A stretch of DNA of 64,000 bases, from the NCBI RefSeq assembly GCF_036588685.1, contig NW_026963301.1, positions 434,001-498,000 on the forward strand, in the 5' to 3' direction. A model generated the notes under the pieces. The model was given only the letters and a program-made list of their open reading frames with translations, made no database searches and was not told where the DNA came from. Below, one piece after another: positions 39,214 to 51,492 of the stretch. Both the position numbers and the translations under genes were made by a program. The DNA is from Mytilus trossulus. Lineage: Eukaryota. The first letter of the stretch is position 1; every line of letters starts with the position of its first letter.

Positions 39214-39979
39214 AAACGGAAAGTAAGATGAATTTATAAAATATTTAAATTTTAAACGGTCGTGAATAAAAATACTTGTGTGTTTTCAATAATAGATTAC
39301 ATAAAGCATTATTTCAAATCTTTGCAGCTCACAACAACCTTAAAAAATAATTTACAATAATTACAACAAAATTTAATTACAACCATAATGTTGATTATTT
39401 TATACTGTTTTAGTTTGTATTTAGTAGTCTTTGCTTATATTTTATATAGTAATATATTCAAATATATAGTGGAATGTTATGATTTACTAAGTATTTAATA
39501 TGACAAGATACTCTGCTTTGGTATTTTTAAATATTCGTTTGTAAAGGAAACATACAAATTAAATTTAAATAAATTCTTGAATCCTACAAAAAAAATGTTT
39601 ACAAACAATAATTATTATATTTCTACGTTTATTATTTCATCCCGTTTTAGTATTTAATAGGTTTTATTAGTAATTATTTATTTTTTTGTATTGTAATATA
39701 TCCATAAAACGGAAAGTAAGATGAATTTATAAAATATTTAAATTTTAAACGGTCGTGAATAAAAATACTTGTGTGTTTTCAATAATAGATTACATAAAGC
39801 ATTATTTCAAATCTTTGCAGCTCACAACAACCTTAAAACATAATTTACAATAATTACAACAAAATTTAATTACAACCATAATGTTGATTATTTTATACTG
39901 TTTTAGTTTGTATTTAGTAGTCTTTGCTTATATTTTATATAGTAATATATTCAAATATATAGTGGAATGTTATGATTTA
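39214..39979 (+). repeat. 273-bp local direct duplication (39214-39486 and 39707-39979)
   Basis: Near-identical copies offset by 493 bp. Separately, 39055-39216 matches 40740-40898. Confidence 0.85.
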
Positions 39980-42287
39980 GATTCATTCGATAAATACAAT
40001 GTCCATCCGCAAATGTTTGGCGTTCGGGTTTATTGATATTATATAGTATATATTTAAAATAATTTGGAAAAGATTACTAACAGTAACGTTAGTTTATTGT
40101 AAAATTGTGATTCAATTTTTCAAATTTTAACCTTATAGTATCTACATATTTTGCGATGGTACGGTTTTAAAAATTGAGTTCATTGTGTTGAACAACTAGT
40201 CTACACGTCTTGATTCGTTCACTTTATAGATCACATGTCAAATGCCAATGTCAATGAATCCGTAATCAAAACATTTAATGAAGGCCGTTTAACATTCAAA
40301 TTCAACTATGATATTAAGATATGTGATAACGCAAATGCGTATTATTTTCCTGAGTATCAGTGAGATGATTTCTATTTGCTATTTCGTGCGCTAAAATACT
40401 ACTTGCATGCAATACTATTAAGTTCACTCGTGAAAGTTTATTTTCGTTTTTGTTATCTAAATTCAAAACACGGCAGAAAGAGCTTTACATGTGACTTCCA
40501 AGCACGGTCATCATAACTAACGGTATTCTGACCTCGAGATGTTTCTCTTTTGTTTCTTTTTTGAGTCACTGTCCTATTATAAACTTTGACATTTTCGAAA
40601 AGTTAAGGATTGTCTACCCAAAGAATAGATTCCTTAACTTTGTAATGTATTTAGCCTTTTAACTTTTTTCATTAGGGGGTCACTGATGCTTTTTTTGGAG
40701 ACTTAACTCGTGTCTGAGGTACATCATTTAAATTCTGGTATATTTTTATAACTACATACCTTTTTATATAAATTGGTTATTTTGAAAGTGTATACAGGTA
40801 GTCATTAACTTCAGAACTAAGAAAGTCTTCGGCAAAACCAAGTTTCCCTGTATAATGTTTGAAATGATTTTAAAAGTAAAATCAGGAAATCCTTCAAATT
40901 TGAGATGTTTTATGAGACCAAAATAAGTCTCTTCATAAGAGGTCCCAATCAAGTGCATGTCATAGGTTTCACCGCACAAAACATCTACCATGAGTAAAGA
41001 CAGCTTCAAATACGAGTTGGTCATAAAGGCATTCATGTAGGAAACAAAATATAAAGATATGATATATAAAATATATGCATCCAGAATTCCAGATTATAAA
41101 GCAAAGTGAGAGCATAAATTTATACTGCGATAGGTTTATGCAATTTGCATAAGTCATCCGGTTAGGAGAAATGACAATTTGCCAAATGCTTATAATTGAA
41201 AAAATTATGCAAATTCCCAAGTAATAAATAAAATAATCGAACTTCAAAATGACTATTCAAATCGGCCCATTCAAATAGAAGCTGTAAACATATACTTTCA
41301 CCTAGCATCTTCTATTAACAGTCAGTTATTTCAATACAAAAGCAAACACAAATTCAGCAACAATCTTTTGGTGACACGTTAGTCAGCGGTCTTAGGTTCA
41401 TGTATTGCTTTTCTTTTTTTAAAGAAAGCAACTTGTTTTATATATTTGGTTTTTAAATTTCTTTAAAATATTGTGAAAACTTGAGGTAACATAGCACAGG
41501 CAAAGTGGGGGTGAACATTTGATTGTTTAATTTTTCCAGTAATGGTTATTAATTTATATGTAGTTATGTGGAATTTTGTATAAATTTTGTCCATAGTAGT
41601 GGACAGGCTGAAACTTTACTCTCTTTATTGAAACAAAGATAAAGTCTGCATATGATTACTTGAGAAGTGTTTTATCAAAGACTAAAAGGGGAAATAAATT
41701 GTGGTATTTCGCCTATACATGTAGGTATGATGTATGCAATGCCATAATACAGCACGTATGGATTGAAATAAGTTCGATATTTATACTATGCCGATTTGCC
41801 ATCCCTTGGGTCACTTTTCTAGATTCTGATATAAAATGTCATTATATATCAATGAATACAGTATCCCTTATTATACATTGTAGTGAGATAGAACAAAAAT
41901 ATGCATCTAATATAGCACGGAATTCACTAGGGGATATTTTCCCACATACATTGTCCATCTTACAACCGACCAGTACCATTTGAATTATCGACGTACACTA
42001 TCTTTGTCTGATTGCTTGTTTCCTAACGTCCAGTGGCTAATATTTCACGCAGGTTCAGTACAATCTGTGTTAATAAGATTTCGCAATGAAAAACGTAGTA
42101 ATATTATACAGTAATTATGAATCATTGTGATTCTGGTGTTAAGATTTTCTTGTCAGTGTTTAGGATGGAGAGAGACAATTATTTTTCTTAAAACAATTTA
42201 TTTCCTTATCCAATGCTTTGCATATTCTTATTTCGCATCCAAGGTATAATAAAGTCATCATAGATACCAGGACTAAATTTTATATAT

Positions 42288-42334
42288 ACGCCAGACGCGC
42301 GTTTCGTCTACATAAGACTCATCAGTGACGCTCG
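42288..42334 (-). ncRNA. Minimal type I hammerhead ribozyme with intact core
   Basis: Minus strand reads GAGCGUCA-CUGAUGA-GUCU(UAUGU)AGAC-GAAA-CGCGCG-UC^UGGCGU: stem I, core boxes, stem II, palindromic minimal stem III and GUC cleavage triplet. Confidence 0.88.
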
Positions 42335-42657
42335 AATCCCCAAAAGTTAAAAAAAAACACCAAATAAACTACGAAGTTGAAGAGCATTGAGATCCAAAAT
42401 TCATAAAAGTGTTGCCAAATACAGGTAAGGTAATCCATGCCTGAGGTGGAAAAGCCTTAGTATTTCAAAAAATTCAAAAACTTTGTAAACAGTTAATTTA
42501 TAAATATAACAATATCAATGATAATTCATGTCAGCACAAAAAGTGCTGACTACTGGGCTTGTGATACCCTCAGGGGAAAAAATCTCCACCAGCAGTGGCA
42601 TCGACCCAGTGGTTGTAAATACACTCATCATAGATACCAGGACTAAATTTTATATAT

Positions 42658-42704
42658 ACGCCCAACGCGCGTTACGTCTACAAAAGACTCATCAGTGACG
42701 CTCG
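42658..42704 (-). ncRNA. Second hammerhead copy, core mutated
   Basis: CUGAUGA and stem II are retained, but GAAA is changed to GUAA and GUC to GUU. Confidence 0.7.
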
Positions 42705-44026
42705 AATTCAAAAAATAAAAAAAAAACCAAGTTAATGCAGACTATAATGTAACTTCCTTTGTTGTTTTTGTTAGAATATATAATATATTTAAGGATATCA
42801 GTCTAAAATTAAATTTAAACATACTGTATAAGATAAGAAGCTTACAAGTTATAGTGTGATTATTTTGAAAGCAAACCTGATTGAGCAGTTCTTGATTTAC
42901 AGTACTTTAAATATTCATTAACAAGATGTGTAAAGGGGTGATTCTGAAAGTTTAAGCACCATCAAATTAAATCAACTAAAAGCTCCTTAATATATAGTCT
43001 GATAGTTAAATGTAAGTGGTTGATCATCTATAATTTTCTCTTCAAATTGAGGAATACAACATTTGGGATCAAAAGTGGGGAGAACTATCATCGAAAAATC
43101 ACCATCATTCCCCAATTTCTCTCACGCCCCTACACATGTGTTATTTTTTCGGTTTACAAAATATTAATGTTTATGAGATCTCTAAAGATACTGTACGAAT
43201 GGTCAAATCGAAAAATTTGAGTTGTTTCCCCTTTACCAATGGTTAATATCATACAGCTTCGCCTTTGATTATAACATAAGGATCAATAGTATACAAGATA
43301 CTATTTTGCTTTGTAATGACATGTAATGATAAGAATTTATGATTGCATAATACTACAAGACAATGAATTGTTGTTATGTTAATATCATGGTAATATTATT
43401 TCAATAACAGTTTGTTACGCTGACATATTCTCTGAAAAAAACGAATCATTTAATTATAACTGCGGACGAATATCGAAATATCTCTTGAGGAGCACGTATT
43501 TACGGTTGACCAAGGGAAATTATCCTTTCCATGGTAATGCTTAGCCAAAACATAGATCGATGCGCGAGGGAAATTCAGAGACCAATTTAGGGGGTCCCAC
43601 TTTCACTTTTATGCGAAAAAATTGGTTGAAATATTAAGGGAATCACTGGAGCATGAATGTAGCAGGCCCTCTTAGGCAGTTAATGCCCTCCTCTCCCTTT
43701 GTGAAAATTTCTAGTCCGCTACTAAAAATGGCTTTGCAATTGCGGATGAATATTAAAAAAGTTTTTCGGTGGCATGGGACGTATTCACGGTTGACCAAAG
43801 CGAATCTTCCTTTAAATGATGCCTTAACAATTAACGCGCCAGGGAAATCACGTAACAACCGCGGATGAATACTGAAATGGCTTTTCAGTGGCACGAATTA
43901 AATTTACTTTGTTTTATTGTGAGATACATGAACCCACCATTGTACACGTTGAAGCTGTCCTCAAGGACCTTAATATGCATCTACTCAACAGTTTACCATT
44001 ATTGAGAATTTTATTTTAAAAGTTAA

Positions 44027-44197
<171 letters not shown>

Positions 44198-45540
44198 TGT
44201 GGCACTCGTTATACATGACCTAAATTAAAAATGAGACTCAGTCACATGACTTACATCTAAAATGAGGCTCAGTCACATGACTTTCATTGATGTTGTGAAC
44301 ATCTATGCAATCGTAGTAAAGTTGTTTGATTATGTATCTGTAGCTGCTTTGTACCCTCTCAAAAGGTCTAAGCATTATTATTTTTTTATTTAACCTTCAT
44401 AAATCATCTTTTAAAAAGTTCTGTATCAGTGCCTAAATTATTTATGACTATGTACAAGCATCACACATTTAACTTGCTCTGATCTGTAATTAATGGAGCA
44501 ATTGAATGCACAGACACTCGTCTCAGAATTCCCCCCTAAATACCTTTATATATACAGGGATATAGGATTTTTTTTTTTGAGACGAGTGCCTGTGATTGAA
44601 TGCTATTTCCACAGTGAAATACAGTTGCCACAGGTTCAAAAGTTTTCCTAAAAACTCATCAGGGATATATATAAGGCTCATAATATTGGCGCCATACGCG
44701 CGTGTTGTCTACAAAAGACTCACTACTGACGCTCGATTCAAATTAGCGTCAACGACTGTCATTTAGAATCACAAATTATAAATCAAACTTTAAAAACTCA
44801 GGTTTACTGTTTTGTGCCTATACAATTTTCCAAGTTAAGAAGAAAAGCGGTTCTATATTTTTTGGTATGTTGTTGGTGTTTTTTTATGCAATCTTGATAC
44901 TATTGCTTTGAGCATTTTGTCTTGCCTTGTAGCTTTATGTTAAACGTTTATTGTTACTTCTACGGATAACTTTGTATTTTGTGTGGAATCATAAGAAGGA
45001 AAAAGTTACTTGTTTTTGAATAAAGACTGCCGGTTTTTTTACCATTTACATGTCTGTATAAGTTTACTTGAGCATTTTCAGATGTCTAAATATTAATTAT
45101 TTTTTTAATAATCAGCCAGCCAATAAAAAAAAATATGTTCGCCAAAAACATCTATTCTGCTTGAGATGTTATATTTTACGTTTTATCAAATCATTTCATT
45201 CGATAGATTTTATTTTTTTCTATAAATGATATTGTTTAAATCCTTTTATATATTCATCTACATGGACTTGTATTTTTTTTATCTTATCAAAAGTTATTCA
45301 TGGTTTTATCGAATTATTCATGTATACGTTAGTACCTCTATACTTTTTAATATCTACGATATAAAGTTATAAAAGTGATTTTAAAACGTCTTGTGTTAGT
45401 TTATACAGCCACACGTATAACACATTGTTTCGGGAAGCAGTATTATAATTTTATACTTACACGCGAACATACGCACGCTGTGGTAAATATTCGAAATACA
45501 TCATCAATGGAATATATAATCGATTCAATATATAAAAAAA

Positions 45541-45700
45541 AAAGAAGATGTAGTATGATTGCCAATGAGACAACTGTCCACAAGACACCAAAATGACACA
45601 ATGCATACGTGAGACTGAGGTTCCAAAAAAAGAAGATGTGGTATGATTGCCAATGCGACAACTATCCACAGAGACCAACATGACACAATGCATACGTGAG
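45541..45700 (+). repeat. Tandem duplicate (88-bp offset) of a common interspersed repeat end
   Basis: AAGAAGATGTGGTATGATTGCCAATGAGACAAC-type block at 45541 and 45629. Similar blocks at ~4080, ~5110(-), ~32777, ~36186 and ~54580(-). Confidence 0.7.
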
Positions 45701-46255
45701 AGGTTCCATATTCTAGATTCATATTTCTGTTAAAGCATATAGAATTATTTCAAGGGTGTTATAGTTTTTGTTTTGTTTTATATATACAGTCATGGGACAA
45801 CAGTGAGATCTTACTAAAAAAATGTCCTATCATTTCAACTAAAATCGTCAATGTATATTAAGCCATGTGTTCTTCTTTTTCGCCATTTTTTTTCCATTCT
45901 GTAATCCCCTCTGCATTGTAAATTGTTCCAAATAAAAATATAACAAATAGTTGAAATCTATCCCTCTACTTGTACATGTATTACTTAAAAACAGAAAGAA
46001 TACGTATACTGTAAAATTGGGTTTATTTATAAGAATAATTTATACCCGTTTTCAAACTATTCGTTTACAGGAAAATTCACACTCCGAATTTCTTGAATTT
46101 CTTGAATTATATTTTTAATATCAATTAACAGATATGTTGGGTATACCTATACGAGACAGCAAACCAACGATCCAAATCACCTGAAGACATACTTGTGTCC
46201 ATCTTCGAAGTAAGAGGATGGGACAGGATAGTTAGAGAGAACAGGACAGGATAGT

Positions 46256-48000
46256 AGGAGAGGACAGAATCGTAATCCTCGACTATATCTCAGGCGGGAA
46301 CAGGATCGTAATCCTTTACTATCTAAGAAGGGTCGTGATCGTATTCCTTGTCAATTTCAGGAGGGGACAGGATCGTAATCCTTGGCTATCTTGAGAGGGG
46401 ACAGGATCGTAATCCTTGGCTAACTCAGGACGGGTCAGGATCGTTATCCTTGGCTATCTCAGGAGGGGACAGAATCGTAATCCTTGGCTATCTCAGGTGG
46501 GGACAGGATCGTAATCCTTGGCTATCTTATGAGGGGACAGGATTGTTATCCTTCGCTATCTCACGAAGGGACAGGATCGTAATCCTTGGCTATCTCAGGA
46601 AGGGACATGATCGTAATCCTTGAAAACCTTAGGAGGGGACAGAATCCTAATCTTTGGCTACCTTAGGAGAGGACAGAATCGTTATCCTTGGTTATTTAAG
46701 AAGTGGATAGGATTGTAATCCTTGGCTATCTTAGGAGGGGACAGGATCGTACTCCTTGGCCATCTCAGGAGGGGACATGCTCGTAATCCTTGAATACCTC
46801 AGGAGGGGACAGGATCGTAATCCTTGGCTATCTCAGGAGAGGACAGGATCGTAATCCTTGAATACATGTACCTTAGAAGGGGACAGGATCGTAATCCTGG
46901 AATACCTCAGGAGGGGATAGTATCGTAATTTTTGGGTATCCCAGGAGGGGACAGGATCGTTTTCATTGAATACCTCATGAGGGGACAGAATCTTAATCCT
47001 TGGCTATCTTAGGAGAGGACAAGTCGTTATCCTTGGTTATCTTAGGAGGGGACAGGATCGTAATCCTTGGCTATCTTCCATGTCTTAGGAGGGGATAGGA
47101 TTGTAATCCTTGGCTATCTTACATGTCTTAGGAGGGGATATGATTGTAATCCTTGGCTATCTTCCATGTCTTAGGAGGGGATAGGATTGTAATCCTTGTC
47201 TATCTTAGGAGGGGCAGGATCGTAATCCTTGGCTATCTCAGAAAGGAACAGGATCTTATTCTTTGGCTATCTTAGGAGGGGACAGGATTGTAATCCTTTG
47301 CTATCTCAGGAGGGGACAGGATCGTCATCCTTGTCTATCTTAGGAGGGGACAGGATCGGAATCTGTGGCTATCTTAGGAGGGGACAGGCTTGTAATCCCT
47401 CGCTATATCACGAAGGGAACAGGATCATAATCCTTGAATACCTCAGGAGGGGACAGGATCGTAATCCCTGGTTATCTCAGGAGAGGACAGGATCATAATC
47501 CTTGAATACATGTACCTTAGGAGGGAACAGGATCGTTATCCTTGAATACCTCAGGAGGGGACAGGATCGTAATCATTGGCTATCTCAGGAGAGGACAGGA
47601 TCGTAATCCTTGAATACATGTACCTTAGGAGGGGACAGGATCGTAATCCTTGAATACCTCAGGAGGGGATAGTATCGTTATCCTTGGCTATCCTAGGAGG
47701 GGACAGGATCTTTATCCTTGAATACCTCGGGAGGGGACAGGATCGTAATCCTTGGCTATCTCAGGAAAAGAAAGGATCGTTATCCTTGAATATATGTACC
47801 TTAGGAGGGGACAGGATCGTAATCATTGAATACCTCAGGAGGGGATATTGTCGTAATCCCTGGCTATCTCAGGAGGGGACAGGATCGTTATCCTTGAATA
47901 TCTCAGGAGGGGACAGGATCGTTATTCTTGAATACCTCAGGAGGGGACATGATCGTAATCCTTGGCTATCAGGAGAGGACTTGGTAATCATCCTTGGCTA
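46256..48000 (+). repeat. 34-bp minisatellite, about 50 copies
   Basis: Consensus AGGAGGGGACAGGATCGTAATCCTTGGCTATCTC, with a GAATACCTC variant and short insertions. Confidence 0.95.
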
Positions 48001-49502
48001 GCGAAGATAACTAGTGTCAGTCAACAGATTCAAAGCGAACAAATGAAAAATATCTCAATGTCAACATACTGTCTTCAATGATTAAAACATGTATATTCCA
48101 TAAAAAAACCATTTATATTCCATATGTCAAAGTTAATAACTCCTAGTTTAAAACAAAATTAACAACAGTATATTTAACAAAAATTCAAGCACTGGCGAGG
48201 TCCCAAACTGAGACAGTCGAATGGTATGTGGAGGGGTTAAATTGGCTTTTGAGAATTTTTACAAATGGAGGAGTCATAAATCAAAAGCTTCGATCTTAAA
48301 AAAAAATAAAATAAAATCACAAAAATACTGAACGCCAAAAACAAGAAAGTCTATAATTAAATCGTAAAATCAAAAGCCAAAACACTTTATACGAATGGAT
48401 AAAACCTGTCATATTCCTGACATGGTTTCAAACATTTTCTGGTTTCCCTATTTTATAGCTAGTAAACCTACCACTTATATGACATTCGCTTACAATTCCA
48501 TAATTTTGACAACGATGCCTGCAAAAAAAAATAGACACACAGGTAAAAAAGTAAAAAAAAATGGGGTACAGCAGTCAACATTATGTTACATAAAAACAAA
48601 CAAATATGTAACAAAGAAACATAAAAATGTATATAGACAAAGCACGTAAGTAAAAAATGAAAGACAAACATACAAGAATGTACTATACATTTTTTTAAAT
48701 AGAGGATGAAGTTCATTTTCTATTTAAATGTGACACTCATTTATTAAAAATAGAGGAATTGTTGCAAAATATATCAAAATCATGTCCAAACTTTCAAAAT
48801 TTAAATATTGATAACAAATTAATTTGGATAATGAATAATGAGGATCCCAATGTACTATTTGCATTTTACAAATATATAGAAGATACTAAGAATTAAAGTA
48901 CAACTTAATCTGCAATAACTAATTCATTATAACTCTTTAATATGAATTTGGATACCCTGTTAAGCCTGCACAAATCATAAGAAGAATTTCAAATTCTTTG
49001 GCACCGTCCCTTGATGATTTTTGCTGGCTGGACACAGAATCTATAATCTTAAAAATATAATTTTAAAATATATTTTCAATAATTAAGGAGCTTGACTCAT
49101 CTGCATAAAGTACAAGTAGGGACTCCCCTTTAAGCACCGACTCTTGGTGCTTTCTGCAGATAAGTCATATTAAATATCCTTTATTAAATATACTTTGTTA
49201 TTTGCAGTATACCTCATAGTCAAATGTGGGAGTGCTTAATTGCTTTGTTTTTTATTGGGTTCTTTTTGTATTTTTTTTATATTGACATTTCTCTGCACAA
49301 ACTAATAATGCCTCATGTTTGTCTTTTCAAAATGAAGATACACTTACCGGGTGCACTTGAGTCAATTTGAACATAGTATTCATTGAATAATTATACATTG
49401 CTACTATTATATTGAGTGTATTTTCTGTGGTATATTATTTTATTTTTTTATTTTTATAACACTTGTTACATATCTTTTATTGTGTGTGTATTGCATATGT
49501 TA

Positions 49503-50546
49503 TTATCCTCGAGGCCCAAAAAACAACAAATAGATAATAAGGTTTTGGCAGTATTTGGCCACAGCTTTATCTTGAATAAAATATAACATATATGATATAT
49601 AATATGTATTTAAATTGGCAATCTTGCTCTGAAATATATTTATCAATGTCTGTATTTAATATATATGTAAATTATAATGTGGCTACCGCAAATTATGGCA
49701 GACCACTAATATAAATATATTTAAGTAATATGTCTGGTACGAGAAGTTGACTGATGAGCCCTGGTAATCAGAGGCTATCATTACTGTTCACTGAATATAT
49801 GAATGTTAAATCCAGCGCAGCGAAATGTGCTCTGCCAATGTCCAACTTTTACATCTACTTTATGTTCACTAGTTGTCTCCTACTCTCCCATCTCAGTACC
49901 ATTAGCAGAAATAAGCTGAAATATAAACTTAAAAGCAGTATCTGGTTTCTTACTTCCATTCAGAACAAATACACATGCAACACAAAATTAATTTACATTG
50001 GGAGGGTGGTGGGTTTTTTAAGAAGATTATTTTCTCGTCCAATTTTCGTCTTCTGAAACCTTGCCGTCGTATTTCGAAAAGACCAAAGCGAGGTTGCGAT
50101 CAAACTAATCAACACAAATGTTAAATACCCAACAGTGAACCACCACCTACCCAAATTAAAATATTAGAGTTTGTACCCAATGGATAACGGGCTTTAAAAT
50201 TATAGATTTTAAATCCTTTTATCCTCGAGGCCCAAAAAACAACAAATAGATAATAAGGTTTTGGCAGTATTTGGCCACAGCTTTATCTTGAATAAAATAT
50301 AACATATATGATATATAATATGTATTTAAATTGGCAATCTTGCTCTGAAATATATTTATCAATGTCTGTATTTAATATATATGTAAATTATAATGTGGCT
50401 ACCGCAAATTATGGCAGACCACTAATATAAATATATTTAAGTAATATGTCTGGTACGAGAAGTTGACTGATGAGCCCTGGTAATCAGAGGCTATCATTAC
50501 TGTTCACTGAATATATGAATGTTAAATCCAGCGCAGCGAAATGTGC
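49503..50546 (-). repeat. Split direct repeats: B2 49503-49830, A2 49831-50218, B1 50219-50546
   Basis: Two 328-bp copies, identical by eye, offset by 716 bp, just downstream of the hydrolase ORF. Confidence 0.9.
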
Positions 50547-50724
50547 CAAATTGTCCGATAAGATCAGAGTAACAACTTGATCTGATTGGACAACCGCCAC
50601 TGAAAAGAGGGGGTGAAGCTGCGCGAAGCTGTGCCAAATACAATTTAATATATATAACTTTCAAGTTACTTCCTAGTAACTTACTTGAAACGTCAGATAT
50701 AAAATGTTAACATAACAGTTAAAT

Positions 50725-51326
50725 CTAATTACAGTCGGGGAAGGTTAAATTAATGCCAAGATTCCTGATGATCATTTCTAATCCTCCCTGGAGGGTATTC
50801 AAGAAAATGTTATTTCCCAAAGACGTCAAATGCACTCCATCTTTCATTAAGAATAATTCATTAGCCTTTATCTCAGGGTAACGGATGTAACAACCATCTG
50901 ATTTGGTTAAAAATGATGCTATAGAGGTATTAACCCTCAATCTACATTTTTCCATGGCATTAATATTGTCAGAGTAACGCCAACTTGATCTCGGAATAAT
51001 TTGAGACCAGACAAAAACTGTGTCCAACATCAGTTGACGCATCCAACTGAACTGTTTCCTTATTAGTTCACAAATAGTTTTTGTACTTTCTTTCCCTATA
51101 TCATTTCCTCCAATATGTAAAACTAATATAGTTGGCGGATCTTCATATTTTAACATGGTTCTTATTTGTTTTTTCATGTCCAGCACTTTACCTCCACATT
51201 TTCCTTGCCACCAAATATTTACTCCCATCCTCTGCAGCCCCAAGTTTACCCCTCCCGGTCGTCCTCTGGCTTCCCCAAAGGCATGCTTAATAATCGAGGA
51301 TCCAACGATCCAAACTGTAGCATGTC
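50725..51326 (-). CDS. SGNH/GDSL-type hydrolase (esterase) of the Ngaro element
   Basis: Frame is open from 51357. Blocks: I VWIVGSS (upstream of the track ORF start), II GKCGG, III LHIGGND, V KDGVH. The 5' boundary is placed at a putative splice acceptor. Confidence 0.85.
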
Positions 51327-51492
51327 CTGCAATTCTTAGAAAGCAATTATTACTTGCTTATATTGATGCAGGACATACCATTTATTTACATAATATACTA
51401 TTTTAAATGCCAGCTCAAGACTGCATTATGAAATAAGCAAATTGAAACATATTTTACACACATAAATGTACATATATAATGTTCAGGCACAT

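Larger units (their letters stand above)
42255..42715 (-). mobile_element. Non-LTR retrozyme-like unit: 370-bp monomer between two hammerhead motifs
   Basis: An ~85-bp hammerhead-containing block is repeated at 42255 and 42625 (offset 370) with a non-coding spacer. Confidence 0.82.

Noticed and set aside
46256-48000. CRISPR array or repeat-protein gene (track ORFs at 46348, 47229, 47684)
   Set aside because: Units are contiguous with no unique spacers, the context is eukaryotic, and the 34-bp period is not a multiple of 3.
49751-49780. Possible hammerhead in the Ngaro B repeat (CTGATGA-GCCCTG..CAGAGGC; second copy at 50467)
   Set aside because: The stem is followed by TATC rather than GAAA, and the motif is antisense to the element.
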